NCBI GenBank assembly: GCA_951406725.2
Contig: OX597814.1
Location: 107,012,001 to 107,076,000 of the forward strand
Direction: 5' to 3'
Length of the DNA stretch: 64,000 nucleotides
Origin: Octopus vulgaris
Lineage: Eukaryota
Position numbers and translations under genes: made by a program
Notes under the pieces: generated by a model
What the model saw: only the letters and a program-made list of their open reading frames with translations
Database searches by the model: none
What the model was told of the DNA's origin: nothing
In this document: positions 14,091-27,228 of the stretch, one piece after another
Numbering within the stretch: position 1 is the stretch's first letter
Layout: each line of letters opens with the position of its first letter

Positions 14091-15589
14091 TTAACATTGC
14101 TTCTTTATTCATAAAAACCAGGGTTTATATATAGACCTTTCTCACAGGGTGGCTTTTATAAATGTTGAGGTTCCTGCTGTTGGCTGCCTTTTATCATCTC
14201 CACCCTCATCGTTTCCACCCTATTTTGAAAGCACGTCACTCTGTGGTTAAGGTATCTGGCCTACAGTCATGAAGTTGTGAGTTCAGTTTTCAACATGTTG
14301 TGTCCTTGAGCAAGACACTTTATTTTATGTTTCTGCAATCTACACAGATGGCAAAAATGAGTTGTACCTGTATTTCAAGAGGGCCAGCCTTTCACACTCT
14401 AGTCATGCTGAATCTCTTTGAGAACTGTGTTATGGGTAGCTGAGTCTGTGGAGTACTCAGTCACTTGCATGTTGATTTCACTAGCAGGCTGTTGATCAGA
14501 TCAACTGGAACCCCCATTGTCATAACCAACAGGGTTCAAGTTTTTCTGTGATGTAAGTAACTCTTCTGTAATAGTAAACCAATTCTGTTCTGGACCCTTC
14601 TCACCCATCTTGCTCCCATTTTGTAGCATAAAGCCACCTTCTTCAGGGTTCATAGCCCTGCTAGCTGCATGGCTACCTCACTAGTGCTGGTGCCACATCC
14701 AGTACAATTTGTCAAGCAGTTGGTGATGGGGAAGGGCATCCAGCTGTAGAAACCATGTTGAAGCAGACACTGGAGTGGAATATGATACCATCCTTGGACC
14801 TGCCGAATCCCATCAAACTCTTTTATCCATGTCATTAGGGAACCTGGATGTTAAATGATGTTGGTGATGACACTTTGTCCCAGGAAGGTTGGCTCAACAC
14901 AACCAACACCAACAGGGTTTGAACACCAGATTATGTAACACTAAACTAGAAACCTAGATGTCAGCCTGTCCTTTTATTTTTCACTATTCTAAAGAAAAAT
15001 CTTCCTGTAATCTTTCTAGTTGATGTTTTTGTTTAGCATCAAGCCAGTCTTGATTGATGACATTTATGATCAAGAGTTCTGTCCATGACCATCCAGCCTA
15101 TTTCTATATTTGGCAACACCTCTGAAATTAGAACCAAATTAGCTGATTATTTCTCTTCTTGCTAACACCAAGAGCTTTTAATCACTGCTCTAGTTGTTTG
15201 CAACTCAAATGAAAAGAAGCAGAAACATTACATGGAGTAATGTGTGGTACAAATTCCAAAGCAGAAAGAACAAGGACCAGAATCAGTAGTGGAGTCTGCG
15301 AGAGTGTGTCAAGCTTCTAAATCAGTTTCAAAACAGTTTTGGTATTTACAAAATCAGGAATTCAAATTCTGAATATGCAAAACTCAAACTCTTTTTGGTG
15401 AATACTAAGTGAAGTTCCTAATTCTTCACAACTGAGGTTCATTTACAATGCAATAACAATTGGATATCCAACTTGAAGAATTTGACCATTTTGGAATATC
15501 ATAAATCTTACAAAGACATCGGAAAATTTAGCCACTTTCGGGGGATTGTTGAAAATTGCATCAATATTGTCTACCAGTTTACCTGTGGA

Positions 15590-15750
15590 GGAATGGAGAT
15601 TTTGGGACAAGAAGCAAAGGAGGAAGGGTGACTTTGGGACCAGAAGCAAGGGAGGAGGGGTAGCTTTGGGACTGGAAGCAAGGGAGGAGGGGTGACTTTG
15701 GGACCTGAAGCAATGGAGAAGGGGTGACTTTGAGACCAGAAGCAAGGGGA
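15590..15750. repeat. 32-bp minisatellite, about 5 copies
   Basis: GAAGCA recurs at 15611, 15643 and 15675. Confidence 0.85.
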
Positions 15751-17002
15751 AGTGACATCACATCAAGAAGCAGGGCATTTGAATGGTCTCTTTCTTCATC
15801 AGGATATTGAGGGGAACAGGCATGTGGAAAGGATCTCTGAGGGAGAGTAGTTTCTGGCTAGAGGTTGGGGTAGTGTACATGTGCATGTATGGCCAACAAG
15901 TTTTGATGATCCTTGTGAAGCAAAGCTGAATATGCTGTTCTGAGTTTGTCTTTGAGGTGAGACTATCCTTGTTTTTTTTTGCTTTTCTTTCTACACTACG
16001 AATGCGAGTAGTTTAAATTTTATATTTAAGCAAGAACCATTTCCATGTTGGACTTTTGGATAATCATACTTGTGAATCAATTAAGAATTTCTACATTATG
16101 ACTTGCTGGTTCCATGTAAAAAGTACCCAGTCCACTCTGTAAAATACTGGCATTAGGAAAGGCACCCAGTCGTAGAAACCGTGCCAAAACAGATGAATTG
16201 AGCCTAGTGCAGCACTCCAGCCTTGCCATCTCCTGTCAGACTATCCAACCCATGCCAGCAGGGAAAACAGACGTTAAATGATGATGATGATGATGATGCA
16301 TCACATCTAATATCTCTGAAAGTTGCAAAGAAATGTGGAACCAAAAGAAACGTAGAACCAAATTCTTCCATTGAAACACAAGGTAAGAAGCTGCTTTATT
16401 AAATTTCAAACATTTCTTATGTATTTCATCCCCTCTGCCTCATCCTGCTCTTGCTTGACCCACCCCTATTTTCTTTTTACTTTCTCCACAAACAGAACCA
16501 CCCCATCCCTAACCAGTTGTCACTCTCCTTTCACACAAACCTACCAAACCTTGATTCTCTGTCCCTATTCTCTCTTTAATCACTTTCTTGTACCTTAAGG
16601 GTACACCCCAACACCTCATCTCCACCCTTTTCCCCTTTCCTGCTGGAGTAGCCATGTATCTCCTCTTCAACAAGACCCCTGTTCTTGTCCCTCTATTATA
16701 CTTTCTCTCAACACCTGGTACAAAGTCACCCCCTCTATACCACACACTCTGTTAAGAGGTCTTGCCTCACAAGTGACCTCACTTCTGCCAGTGTCACAAA
16801 AACAAACAAATACCCAGTCCACACTGTAAAGTGTTTGGCATTAGGAAAGACACCCAGCCATAGAAACCTTGCCAAAATGGACACTGGAGCTTGGTGCAGC
16901 CCTCTGGTTCAATGGATCTTGCCAAACTGTCCAGCCGATTCCAACCTGGGAAATACACATTAAGCAGTGTTTGTTATTATAATGATTATTAAAATCAACA
17001 TT

Positions 17003-17540
17003 GAACATTGGGCCTGATGGAGGCAAATGGCTGAGTTCCTATTGAGTGTTGGGCCTTGTGGAGGTGAGGTGGCCAAGCTCCTTTTGAACGGGCCTCATGG
17101 AGGCAAGATGGCCGAGTTCCTATTGAGTGTTGGGCCTTGTGGAGGTGAGGTGGCCAAGCTCCTTTTGAACAGGCCTCATGGAGGCAAGATGGCCGAGTTC
17201 TTATTGAGTGTTGGGCCTTGTGGAGGTGAGGTGGCCAAGCTCCTTTTGAACGGGCCTCATGGAGGCAAGATGGCCGAGTTCCTATTGAGTGTTGGGCCTT
17301 GTGGAGGTGAGGTGGCCAAGCTCCTTTTGAACGGGCCTCATGGAGGCAAGATGGCCGAGTTCCTATTGAGTGTTGGGCCTTGTGGAGGTGAGGTGGCCAA
17401 GCTCCTTTTGAACGGGCCTCATGGAGGCAAGATGGCCGAGTTCCTATTGAGTGTTGAGCCTTGTGGAGGTGAGGTGGCCAAGCTCCTTTTGAACGGGCCT
17501 CATGGAGGCAAAGTGGCTGAGCTCCTTTCAAGTGTTGGGT
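17003..17540. repeat. 81-bp tandem repeat, about 6.5 near-identical copies
   Basis: 27-codon periodicity in ORFs on both strands; unit made of two related about 40-bp halves. Confidence 0.92.
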
Positions 17541-18019
17541 CTCACAATCATGAATTTTAAATTTTTGATGAATAGTTTTGAGATCAGATTGAGCCTAGTG
17601 CAGCCTTCTGGCTCACCAGTTCTCAGTCAAACCATCCAACCCATGCCAGCATGGAAACCAGATGTTAAACAACAATGACGATGATGATGATGATGATGAC
17701 CTGTCCTTGAGCAAGATACTTTATTTCACATTGCTCCAGTCTGGCCAATGCCAGTGCCACCTAACTGGCTCCCATTACACTCTGTAAAAAAAGCACCCAC
17801 TACACTCTGGGTGGCTGTCATTAGGAAGGGCATCAAGCTGTAGAAACTCTGCCAGATCAGATTGCAGCCTGGTGCAGCCTCCTGGCTTGCCAGTCCCCAG
17901 TCAAACCGTCCAACCCATGCCAGCATGAAAAACGGGCGTTAAACAATGATGCTTATGATTTCCAAGGGCCAGGCAAGTCACTCCCACTGAATCTCCCCAA
18001 GGACTACATTAAGAGGACA

Positions 18020-18850
18020 CACATCAGATATGATGTGGTGTGCAAGAGAGACGACTGTGCTGGTATGGTCATGTGGTGAGAATGGATGAGGATAGCTGTG
18101 TGAAAAAGTGCCACACCCTTGTGGTTGAGGAAACCTGTGGAAGAATTAGACCCAAGAAGACCTGGGATGAGGTGGTGAAGCATGACCATCAAATATTAGG
18201 TCTCACTGAGGCAATTACTAGTGATCGAGACCTTTGGAATTATGCTGTGCTTAAGAAGACCCAACAAGCCAAGTGAGACCATAACCTTGCGGCCTATGCC
18301 AGGGGTGTAACCAGCCCACTTATGTGTACCTTTCCTTCATTGGATACTAAAGTCTGCTTGCGAAGACCTGTTGAGGCAAGGGAAATCAAAATAAAAATCA
18401 AATTTGATGACTGGCATCTGTGCTAGTGGAGCACTAAGAGTACCATCTGAGCGTGATCGTTACCAGAGCAGCTAACTGGCTTCTATGCCGGTGCCACGTA
18501 AGAAGCGTGATTGTTACCAGTGTCGCCTTACTGACACTTTTGCCAGTGGAACGTGAAAAAAACATTTGAGCGAGGTCGTTGCCAGTGCCACTGGACTGGC
18601 TCCTGTGCAGTTGGCACATAAAAAACACCATTTGAGCGTGGCCGTTGCCAGTACTGCCTGACTGCCCTCGTGCCAGTGGCACATAAAAGCACCCACTACA
18701 CTCTCAGAGTGGTTGGCGTCAGGAAGGGCATCCAGCTGTAGAAACTCTGCCAGATCAGATTGGAGCCTGGTGCAGCCATCTGGTTTGCCAGTCCTCAGTC
18801 AAATCATCCAACCCATGCTAGCATGGAAAGCGGACGTTTAACGATAATGA
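18020..18850 (+). mobile_element. RTE LINE 3' end (ORF2 C-terminus + repetitive 3' UTR + (GAT)n tail); parent of the many short 3'-tail copies
   Basis: RRLCWYGHVVRM...GRIRPKKTW motif followed by the GGAAGGGCATCCAGCTGTAGAAAC...CATGGAAAGCGGACGTT tail, which is also seen at about 246-592, 6270-6755, 8040-8235, 9660-10097, 24270-24790, 28651-29000, 33308-33520, 43185-43365, 48990-49275, 52350-52725, 57375-57850 and 61520-61940. Confidence 0.8.
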
Positions 18851-18859
18851 TGTTGGTGA

Positions 18860-19235
18860 TTTGTTTGTTTGTTAAGCGAAGCAGTCTTCGTCCCATTAGT
18901 GGGAGAAGTCTGAAACGTGGTCCTTTGCTATTCATAAGATCCGCAGAAGAGAAAGCAGGTCAACCCCCGACACCAAGAGCATCGACGGATGGATGAATGC
19001 ACATCCAGGCTCAGCGGTTGCGTAGGAAGTCGGGGAGAAGAAATAGGAAGAAAGAGTGAGAGAAAGTTGGAGCGAAAGAGTACAACAGGGATCGCCACTA
19101 CCCTCTGCCGGAGCCTCGTGGAGCTTTAAGTGTTTTTGCTCAATAAACACACACATCGCCCGGTCTGGGAATCAAAACTGCGATCCTCCGACCGCGAGTC
19201 TGCTGCCCTCACCACTGAACCATTGTGCCTCCACT
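18860..19235 (-). mobile_element. tRNA-derived SINE, third family
   Basis: Head GGAGGCACAATGGTTCAGTGG...TTTTGATTCCC; related copy at about 2270-2560; related heads at 54840-55120 and 59665-59960 (+). Confidence 0.65.
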
Positions 19236-19407
19236 TGATGTTGATGATGACATCTGTGGAGTAATTAGCCACTTGTATGTTAATTTCATGAGCAAGCTGT
19301 TTCATTGATCAGATCAACTAGAACATTCGTCATCATAATTGACAGTATCCCAATTTATTTTCTTTAAGTCTGGGATGTCCGTGTTTGCAGCAGCAGTATC
19401 TCACTTA

Positions 19408-19529
19408 CAGAGCCAGCCCTAGGTTTGCTGGCACCCTTACAAGTATAATTTTTAAAAAACTTTCACAAGGAGAAAAACTGAAAATGTAGGCTAAAAACCA
19501 CATGGCGTTCTGGGCAACTGCTGGCCCTG
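19408..19529. mobile_element. hAT-type MITE
   Basis: CAGAGCCAGC/GCTGGCCCTG termini; perfect 8-bp TSD CTCACTTA at 19400-19407 and 19530-19537. Confidence 0.8.
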
Positions 19530-20887
19530 CTCACTTATAATGTATTGTGGATCAGTTGAGGTTTGTAGAGGGTTAGTAGTAATTGAAAGGGTCTGCAATA
19601 TTTTCTGGTCCTGAAAAGGGACGAATCTTTGCTATGTTATCAAAGTGGATCCATTCTGTCTACCATCTGCGATGGTAAATAGAATGTTTTCTTTAGCTGA
19701 TAAGAGCAGATTCACATCAATACTAGACCGCTATTCGAGTAATATTATCTATAGATGAAGAGATATCACAACACGTGCTAAATTCCAATATTTGAGTTCT
19801 GCTGTACGATGGGGAACCTCACACCAGAGACTCGTTCCCTTGCAAGGTCTGCTGTACCTTGGGGAACCTCACACCAGAGATTCCTCCCCTTGCATTCCAG
19901 GAAACCACCATTTATATCCTTCTCCAGTCTAAGTAGCATTAGGTTGGTGCACAATCTCTCAACCAGCTAGAAATAGCAGTCAGATCTCCCTTAAATCACA
20001 TTCTCCTCCTTATTCATTCTAAAATAAAAAAAGGGAGCCTGTAAGTCTAAGAGATTAATGACAATCTTACTTAGAACTAGAAAATAATGATTGAGGATAG
20101 ACAAAACAATGCTTAAATACATGAATATTAAAGCATTATAAAAGTAAACTTGGTAGCCTCACTAGTGCTGTGCCATGAGAAAAGTGCCCAGTATACTTTG
20201 TAAAGTGGTTGGCATTCGAGAGGGCACCCAACTGTTGATGTTCTGCCAAAGCAGACACTGGGGCCCAATGCAGTCTTTTGGCTTGTTGGATCCTGTCAAA
20301 CGGTCCATCTTGTGCCAGTTGCGGTGTCTTTTCAACAAATTTTATTCAACAAAAAATTTTAATAAAACACCAATTTATACAAAATGCCAAACAGTAATTG
20401 AAGTAGATGGTGAATATGCTCCGGAATAATCATTTAAAGATGTTTTTTGTTAAATGTTGTTATTGTTTTTGTTGAATAAAATTTATTTTAAAAAAGCTGC
20501 AATGCACCAAGCTAATATTTATATCTTTGTGTTGTTAACGGAGTGAAAAACAGTTTGGCCTAATGAGAGGATGTTTTCGAGATACCTTGTTATGGAATCA
20601 GAGAATGTTTAGTATGAGAGTGGAAGGTCGAGGAAAGGAGAATGAACAATTGTATCATCTGAAAATGAGTAAGATATTTTGGGGGAATGAAGTTAAGTAG
20701 GTTGTTAAGGTTTAGGAGGAGGTTTGTGGTGGAAAAGGTTGAAGCCAGAATTCAGGTTATTTCATTCCTTTTTCTTAGTCTATTTATTATTGCTAATCCT
20801 CACGCCGTCTCTCGTTATTCCCTCCTCTTATCACCCAGACGTCCATCTCTGCCATGTCTCACTCTCTCACTCGCTGCTTACATTTAT

Positions 20888-21372
20888 TCATCATCATTGT
20901 TTGACCGTGGTCGAGACAATGGAATTTACTATGTTACATCAGACCTCACGGTCCATCATAGCATTATGGAGGTCCTGTTGCTGGATGCCTGTATCCCTGG
21001 AGATTACATCAGGGTAGGAGAGTGTATGCCCTCTGGTATCGCGAGCAGATGGCTTCTAGAGGAGAAGAGTAGAAATCACCTCGTTTTCAGCTCTACAACA
21101 ATGTCCAGCAAACTGGACTCTTCTACCTTTCACAAGAGATGATACAGGTGGTAGTTTCCCATATATTTGTACTTTGGTTGGATCACGCTTCCACGAGAGA
21201 TTTTGAGCACACATAAGGAGGCAAGTGTAGGTTCAATCCAACCGCCTCTCAAGCTTCTTTGATAACGTCCAGGTTTCTGAGCCATATAGTAGAATTGGTT
21301 CAACTGTGGCTTTGAAGATTTTAAGTTTGAAATCTCTACTTAGATTTGATGACCAGATCTTATGCATATCAT
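20888..21372 (-). mobile_element. RTE-clade LINE 3' fragment (same family as 8646-9200)
   Basis: Closely similar sequence to 8646-9200, retaining a segment deleted in that copy. Confidence 0.82.
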
Positions 21373-22639
21373 TCTATCTTCCTTCATCAGACCACATACG
21401 CTGTCTCCATTCAATCTCATCACCCTTTAGCTCTCTCCTCCCTCTCTTTCTATTCTCTCTTTTTCCCTTTTATCACCCTCTTACCCTCCTTCATTATTCT
21501 TCCTTCCAGTCTGCCAAAGACGAGGCAATCTGCTGCAGCTTTGTAAATCTCATGAAATCCAACTGCCTGAGATCAATCTTTACCACTTTATCCCATGTCT
21601 TCCACTTTAAAGAACCTTTTCTATTTTTTACACAACAATCCTCCTTCCATATTACACACCCAAACTAATTGCAATCTTCTCTCTAACACACACCTCATTC
21701 CTCTTATACCCAATTTTTCTCTCGGCCCATTTGTGCTTCATCATTCATGCTCACTAACATCATATATCCAGCAGGTCATTTCTTCCTAGTTTTCACAAAT
21801 CCTCTACAATCAAAGCCTGTTTCTCACTACCATGTAGCAATATTACACTTTGTACACGAGTTTCCCACTGGAGGTAAATAGCTCCTCAAATTTTTTCCAA
21901 CACATTCTGCACTTACATATTTTCGCCCTGCTAATTATTTTTTTTTACTTGTTTCAGTCATTTGATTGCAGCCATGCTGGGGCACCACCTCTAGTCAAAC
22001 AAATCGACCCCAGGACTTATTCTTTGTAAGCCCAGTACTTATTCTATCAGCCTCTTTGGTTGAACTGCTAAGTTACAGCATCAGTGGTCAAGCGATGTTG
22101 GGGGACAAATATAGGAACACAAACACACACACACACATATATAAATGTGTACTACACTCAAAGTTGTTGGCATTAGGAAGGGCATCCAGCTGTAGAAACT
22201 TTGCCAGATTAGATTGAGCCTGGTGCAGCCATCTGGCTCACCAGTCCTTAGTCAAACTGCCCAACCCATGCCAGCATGGTAAGCAGACGTTAAACGACGA
22301 CATATACATATATATATACAATGGACTTCTTTCAGTTTCCGTTTACCAAATCTACTCACAAGGCTTTGGTGCCCCCCTCCCCGGATATAGTAGGAGACAC
22401 TTCTACTATAGCCAAGGTGCCATGCAGTGGGACTGAACCCTTAACCATGTGGTTGGTAAGCAAGCTACTTACCACACAGCCACTCCTGCACTAATTAGGT
22501 CAATTAACAAAAGTCATCAATAGCTCCTTGGGAGTTGCCTGGGCAGTGAACCCAATCTATTTCATTGACACTCCTATGGCTTAATGCATTTATTTATCTT
22601 CTCATTCTCCACAGATGTGTGCTCATAGTTTACAATGTT

Positions 22640-23070
22640 TAGAATTTCTTTTATGTATGCTAAGCATGACCATTTCTTTCCTACCACAATAGAAGCAAAA
22701 CCTTTGAGAAGCCTCAAAGTAAACTTGGCAAAATCTACGTCTGGAATTACTTCTCCAAATTTTTGACAGATTCAGCTTTAAGAACAAGGTCATCAGTAAA
22801 AAGGAGTTCCCATGGACATCCAATCTTAAGTAATTCCTCTGTTATAACCTGGAAATTAGGACAAAGGGGCTGTATGTTAAATTTCTCAAATAAGATGCCA
22901 ATTTAAACAAAACACCAAACAGTAATTGAAGTAGATGTATTTATTGCTGATTGTACCTCCTCTACATGGTTTGTGTGACCCTCAAAAGGATCAGCTGCTC
23001 TCAGTTCCTTTAGTGACCACCAGATTATAGAGTAGAAAAAAAGCTTTCTTTAGATCAACAAGTGTTAGGT
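22640..23070 (-). mobile_element. Highly degenerate RTE RT remnants
   Basis: Minus-strand GCPWELLFTDDLVLKAES (YADD-like) and LYLTLVDLKKAF. Confidence 0.55.
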
Positions 23071-25322
23071 ACAGTGGTGTTAGAAGTGTTATGGGCTGTG
23101 ATGAGCTATGTGGTGTTGGTGGAGAGGATGGTGGATAAGGTAAAAGGGAAGTGAAGACTGCAGGGGCCGGCGGAAGAGTCACAGGGGCATGCGTGAGCCG
23201 AAAGCACCTGTGGCCAGTTTGAGCAGAGAGACAAGACGTGTTTAATTCGTGAGAGTGACCGCTTATTTCGCCGAGGTCAACTGGTAAGGCCTTTTGTATT
23301 TCTTTCTCCTGTTTGCTTCTTTTTCTGTTGTCCTTTTCCTCCATCACACTACAGGTACAGTGGCTTACTTCTAACAAAGTACTTTTCCTGCTGTTGTGTC
23401 ACTAGAAAGGCATTAAGGGTTCCTCCTTTCTTCTGTCTCTCATCTCAGTTTAATTCTCCTCTTAATCAGTTGAGTTATAACCCTACCAGTGACTTCACAA
23501 CCTGGTTCATCAATCTGATGCCCCTAGAATTTCCTTGTAGCTGACTTTTGTACTCCTATGCTAGTCATTGGCCATGACAGCTTCCTATAAAATCTGTAAA
23601 ATTTGTGACTAGCACATGACCCTCACTTCAACATCTCACCTACTTTTCTGTCTTTCATTGTTCTATCTACCACCCAGCTATCAACTTGGATGACTAGTTC
23701 CTCTTTTGGTTTTACTTGGGATAGAAGTGGGTTTTTTTTTCTCATTCCATAATTCTCAGAGTAGGATTTCCAAACTGCTTTCTTTTTGGCAACAGTAAAC
23801 TGGCATTCCATTGATTATGACAATGAGGGTTTCCATCGGTCCAATCAATGGAACAGCCTGCTTGTGAAATTAAAATACAAGTGGCTGAGTACTCCACAGA
23901 CATGCATATCCTTAATGTAGTTCTCAGGGAGATTCAGCATGACACAGAATGTGACAAGTTTAGCCCATTAAATTACAGGTACAACTAATTTTTGCCAGCT
24001 GAATGAACTGGAGCAATGTGAAATAAAGTGTCTTGCTGAAGGACACAATGTGATGTCCTGGAACTAAACTCATGATCTTACAATCACAAACCAAGTACTC
24101 TAACCCCTAAGCCATGTGCCTTCATTCAGCAACAGTAAAAACCAGGACATCTTTTGTCATTCTAAACACAATTCTCTCCAAAGATGTCACGATTTTCTCT
24201 GGCACCTTTTCCCTTACTGTCTGCTTCCCTTCTCAGTATATCTGGAACCTAACTTCCTTTCTACTCATTACTGGCATCTGTACTAGCAGGGCGCAAAGGG
24301 CACCATACGAGTGTGATCATTGACAGAGCGGCTAACTGGCTTCCATGCCAGTGGCACTTCGAACGTGATCGTTACCAGAGTCGCCTTACTGGCACTTGTG
24401 CCCATGCTAGTAGTGTGCCAAGAGCACCATCCGAGCGTGATCGTTGCCAGAGCAGCCACTGGCTTCCATGCCAGTGGCACGTAAAAGGGCACCATTCGAG
24501 CGTGATCGTTACTGTCGCCTTACTGGCACCTGTGCCGGTGGCATGTGTAAAAGGATTCGAGCAAGGTCGTTGCCAGTACTGCCTGACTGGCCCCTGTGCC
24601 AGTGACACGTAAAAAGCACCCACTACACTCTCGGAGTGGTTGGCGTTAGGAAGGGCATCCATCTGTAGAAACACTGCCAGATCAAGATTGGAGCCTGGTG
24701 CAGCCATCTGGTTCGCCAGCCCTCAGTCAAAATCGTCCAACCCATGCTAGCATGGAAAGCGGACGTTAAATGATGATGATGAAGATGAATACCCTCTGCT
24801 TCTACCTTCCTCTCAGTTTTTCCAAGACAGTCTCTTGGCTTTTATGGCACTCTCTACCAATCTCATTTCACCATTAGTCGCACTAGAACCTTGCACTAGC
24901 TAAAAATTTGATCAACAAATCTTAGATTTTTTTTCTTTTTTCAAGGAACTCTCAGTTGTCTGCTGTCAAAGTTTTCATTTCCCCCTCTCTGTTGTTAAAA
25001 ACATCTGCTGGAATATCTCCAAACTCCCAACCAAATAAGGGCTCTTTTAGCTTCCTTTCCTTGCTTCCCCAGATTGTCTTTGACTGTCTAATTCTTTGTC
25101 TGAAATCACTATTCACTAATCCGTGTTGAATAGTGCATTCTTCACCAAGGAAGGACTTAGTATAAACAAGGATCCACCAAACCCTTTCCTGGTGACAATA
25201 AACTCTGACCACCAGCAATATTTTGCCATCTTAAGACATCTTGTTTTATTTCAGAACCATCCATGCTACAATAGATTTTTTTCATAATGTGTGACCATAT
25301 GATGCCCAAGTGTACATGAAGA

Positions 25323-25661
25323 TCTCTCTATATATATAAACTGCAAAATGTCTGTCTGTGTGCGCGTGTCCTTTATACAAATCCACAATTTTTCAGCTAG
25401 AGGGCTCGCACTTTTTATGGTCATTCAAAACCGTCCAAGGGTGGTCATGCACATCTTTACATATCTCCAGTCACCCCGCAAAGCCATTAAAAAAATCAAT
25501 AAAAGTGACTTTTTTTGTGAATTTTCTACCCAAAACCCAATCAAAATGCCCGAAACTTGATACGCCAATTGAATGCCAGCTAGTTGTATGTGATTGATCA
25601 GAGATTTGGACAGTACTCGCGTGTATGTGCACATGCACGCAGCTGTATATGCTAGCACTAG
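25323..25661 (+). mobile_element. Non-autonomous Helitron-like element
   Basis: 5' TC(TC)TATATATATAAA start, CTAG 3' end, inserted between A and T, GTCT microsatellite near the 5' end. Confidence 0.5.
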
Positions 25662-26036
25662 TGCTGGTCTTAAATAGGATTGTAAGCAAAATCTAAAGAG
25701 AAAAAGGATTATTAGCTGTCAGCTAGACAATTAAAACTTCATTTAATGTAAGAAATAATTGAAGGCAGAGATACTGAGCAGAAAATTTATTTTTTTGAGT
25801 TGCAATCTTTGTATTTCGCCAAAAGATATTCAAATATTCATTAATTTTCTACCTTACATTATGTATATCATATTTCATGGCATATACACCCTCCCCCACC
25901 AAAGCGTCTTAAAAATATCACTGCAGGTCCTACATGTAACGCTGGAGCTAAACTACATGCTTTAATGCATTAAAAACTGCTTTTCCTGAATATACACTGA
26001 CTTCCTCTAATATGCCATCAAATATAATGAGTTTGG

Positions 26037-26249
26037 ATCATTTAATGTACACAGTTTAAAGATAACCACTGATAGTTTCTTGCCGAGGAGACCTGTGTCT
26101 AGGCAGGTCTTTTATAACAGTCCATGTGTCTCCAAACAATCTTCAGCCTGATGATGGCTTGGAGACACAAGGAGCATTATAAAAACACGGGTCTTCACAG
26201 CAAGAATCTATTAATAGCACATACCTTTATAATGTATACATTAAATGAT
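26037..26249. repeat. Degenerate about 210-bp palindrome (foldback MITE-like)
   Basis: ATCATTTAATGTAC.../...TACATTAAATGAT ends; TGTGTCTCCAA/TTGGAGACACA inner pair. Confidence 0.7.
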
Positions 26250-26306
26250 ATTTATCTCTCACTGCATGGAGTAATTTTTGGGTGACCTTACCATAATGGA
26301 ACAGTA

Positions 26307-26347
<41 letters not shown>

Positions 26348-26420
26348 ATAATTTGAGGGAATATTATTCCTAACTTGCAGGAAAAAATTCAATTTAGAAA
26401 TACTAAATCAAATTTCACAA

Positions 26421-26719
26421 TATATATATATAAGTTAGAAAAAAACACATTTTATCAATTCAAAATGAACAATTAAATAAATTACATCATCTAGAAAATT
26501 ACATATAATAGAAACATTAAAAATAAAATAACAATAATATACTGATGATTAAGTAAATTGCAAAATAGTAATAAAAAATATATACGTTTTTATTATTATT
26601 TTCCAATTTACTTAATCATGAGTATATTATTGTTATTTTATTTTTAATATTTCTATTATGTAATTTTCTAGATGGTGTAATTTAATTGTTCATTTTGAAT
26701 TGATAAAGGTGTTTTTCTA

Positions 26720-26730
<11 letters not shown>
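26421..26730. repeat. AT-rich foldback (about 150-bp arms) between (TA)n tracts
   Basis: ATCAATTCAAAATGAACAATTAAA...TTTAATTGTTCATTTTGAATTGAT and other paired segments. Confidence 0.8.
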
Positions 26731-26761
<31 letters not shown>

Positions 26762-27228
26762 GTAGATTACTTGTATCTTTTATAGTCTTTTTACTGAAAC
26801 CAATATTTCTCACATAATTTCTATTTTGCTTATCAGTTTCTTGCAAACTATTTTATGTATCAACTTATTGCAAACAGTTGCTATAGTATTTTCACTAAAC
26901 TAAACAAAAAAAATCAGTTTCTTTTGATGTTCATTCTCTTTTTCTCCATTTTTCACCTTGCACCTATAGGGAAAAGAAAAAAAAACGATAACTACATTTT
27001 ATCTACTACACACACACACACTCTCTGCTACTTCTCTCTCAAAACCTATCTCAATATGTATATCTATATATCCATTTCTTTCCCTCTATTTCACTATATT
27101 TCTATTGATCTCTCTCACTTTGTGTTTGTACACACACACACAAAATATACTTCCTCTTACTAATATGGAATGAAACTTCTTATGGTAGCATGAAATTGTA
27201 ACAATTTGTCCCACAACTCTTCAGGGTT

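Noticed and set aside
15443-15582. Possible minus-strand terminal exon (KLVDNIDAIFNNPPK...) with a possible partner at 19535-19610
   Set aside because: No recognisable homology; the acceptor tract is supplied by a minisatellite; could be chance
16995-17560. 177-178 aa ORFs on both strands
   Set aside because: Product of the 81-bp tandem repeat; no splice or domain support
26148-26170. CTGATGA at the centre of the 26037-26249 palindrome (and at 26542)
   Set aside because: No following stem II plus GAAA, so not a hammerhead
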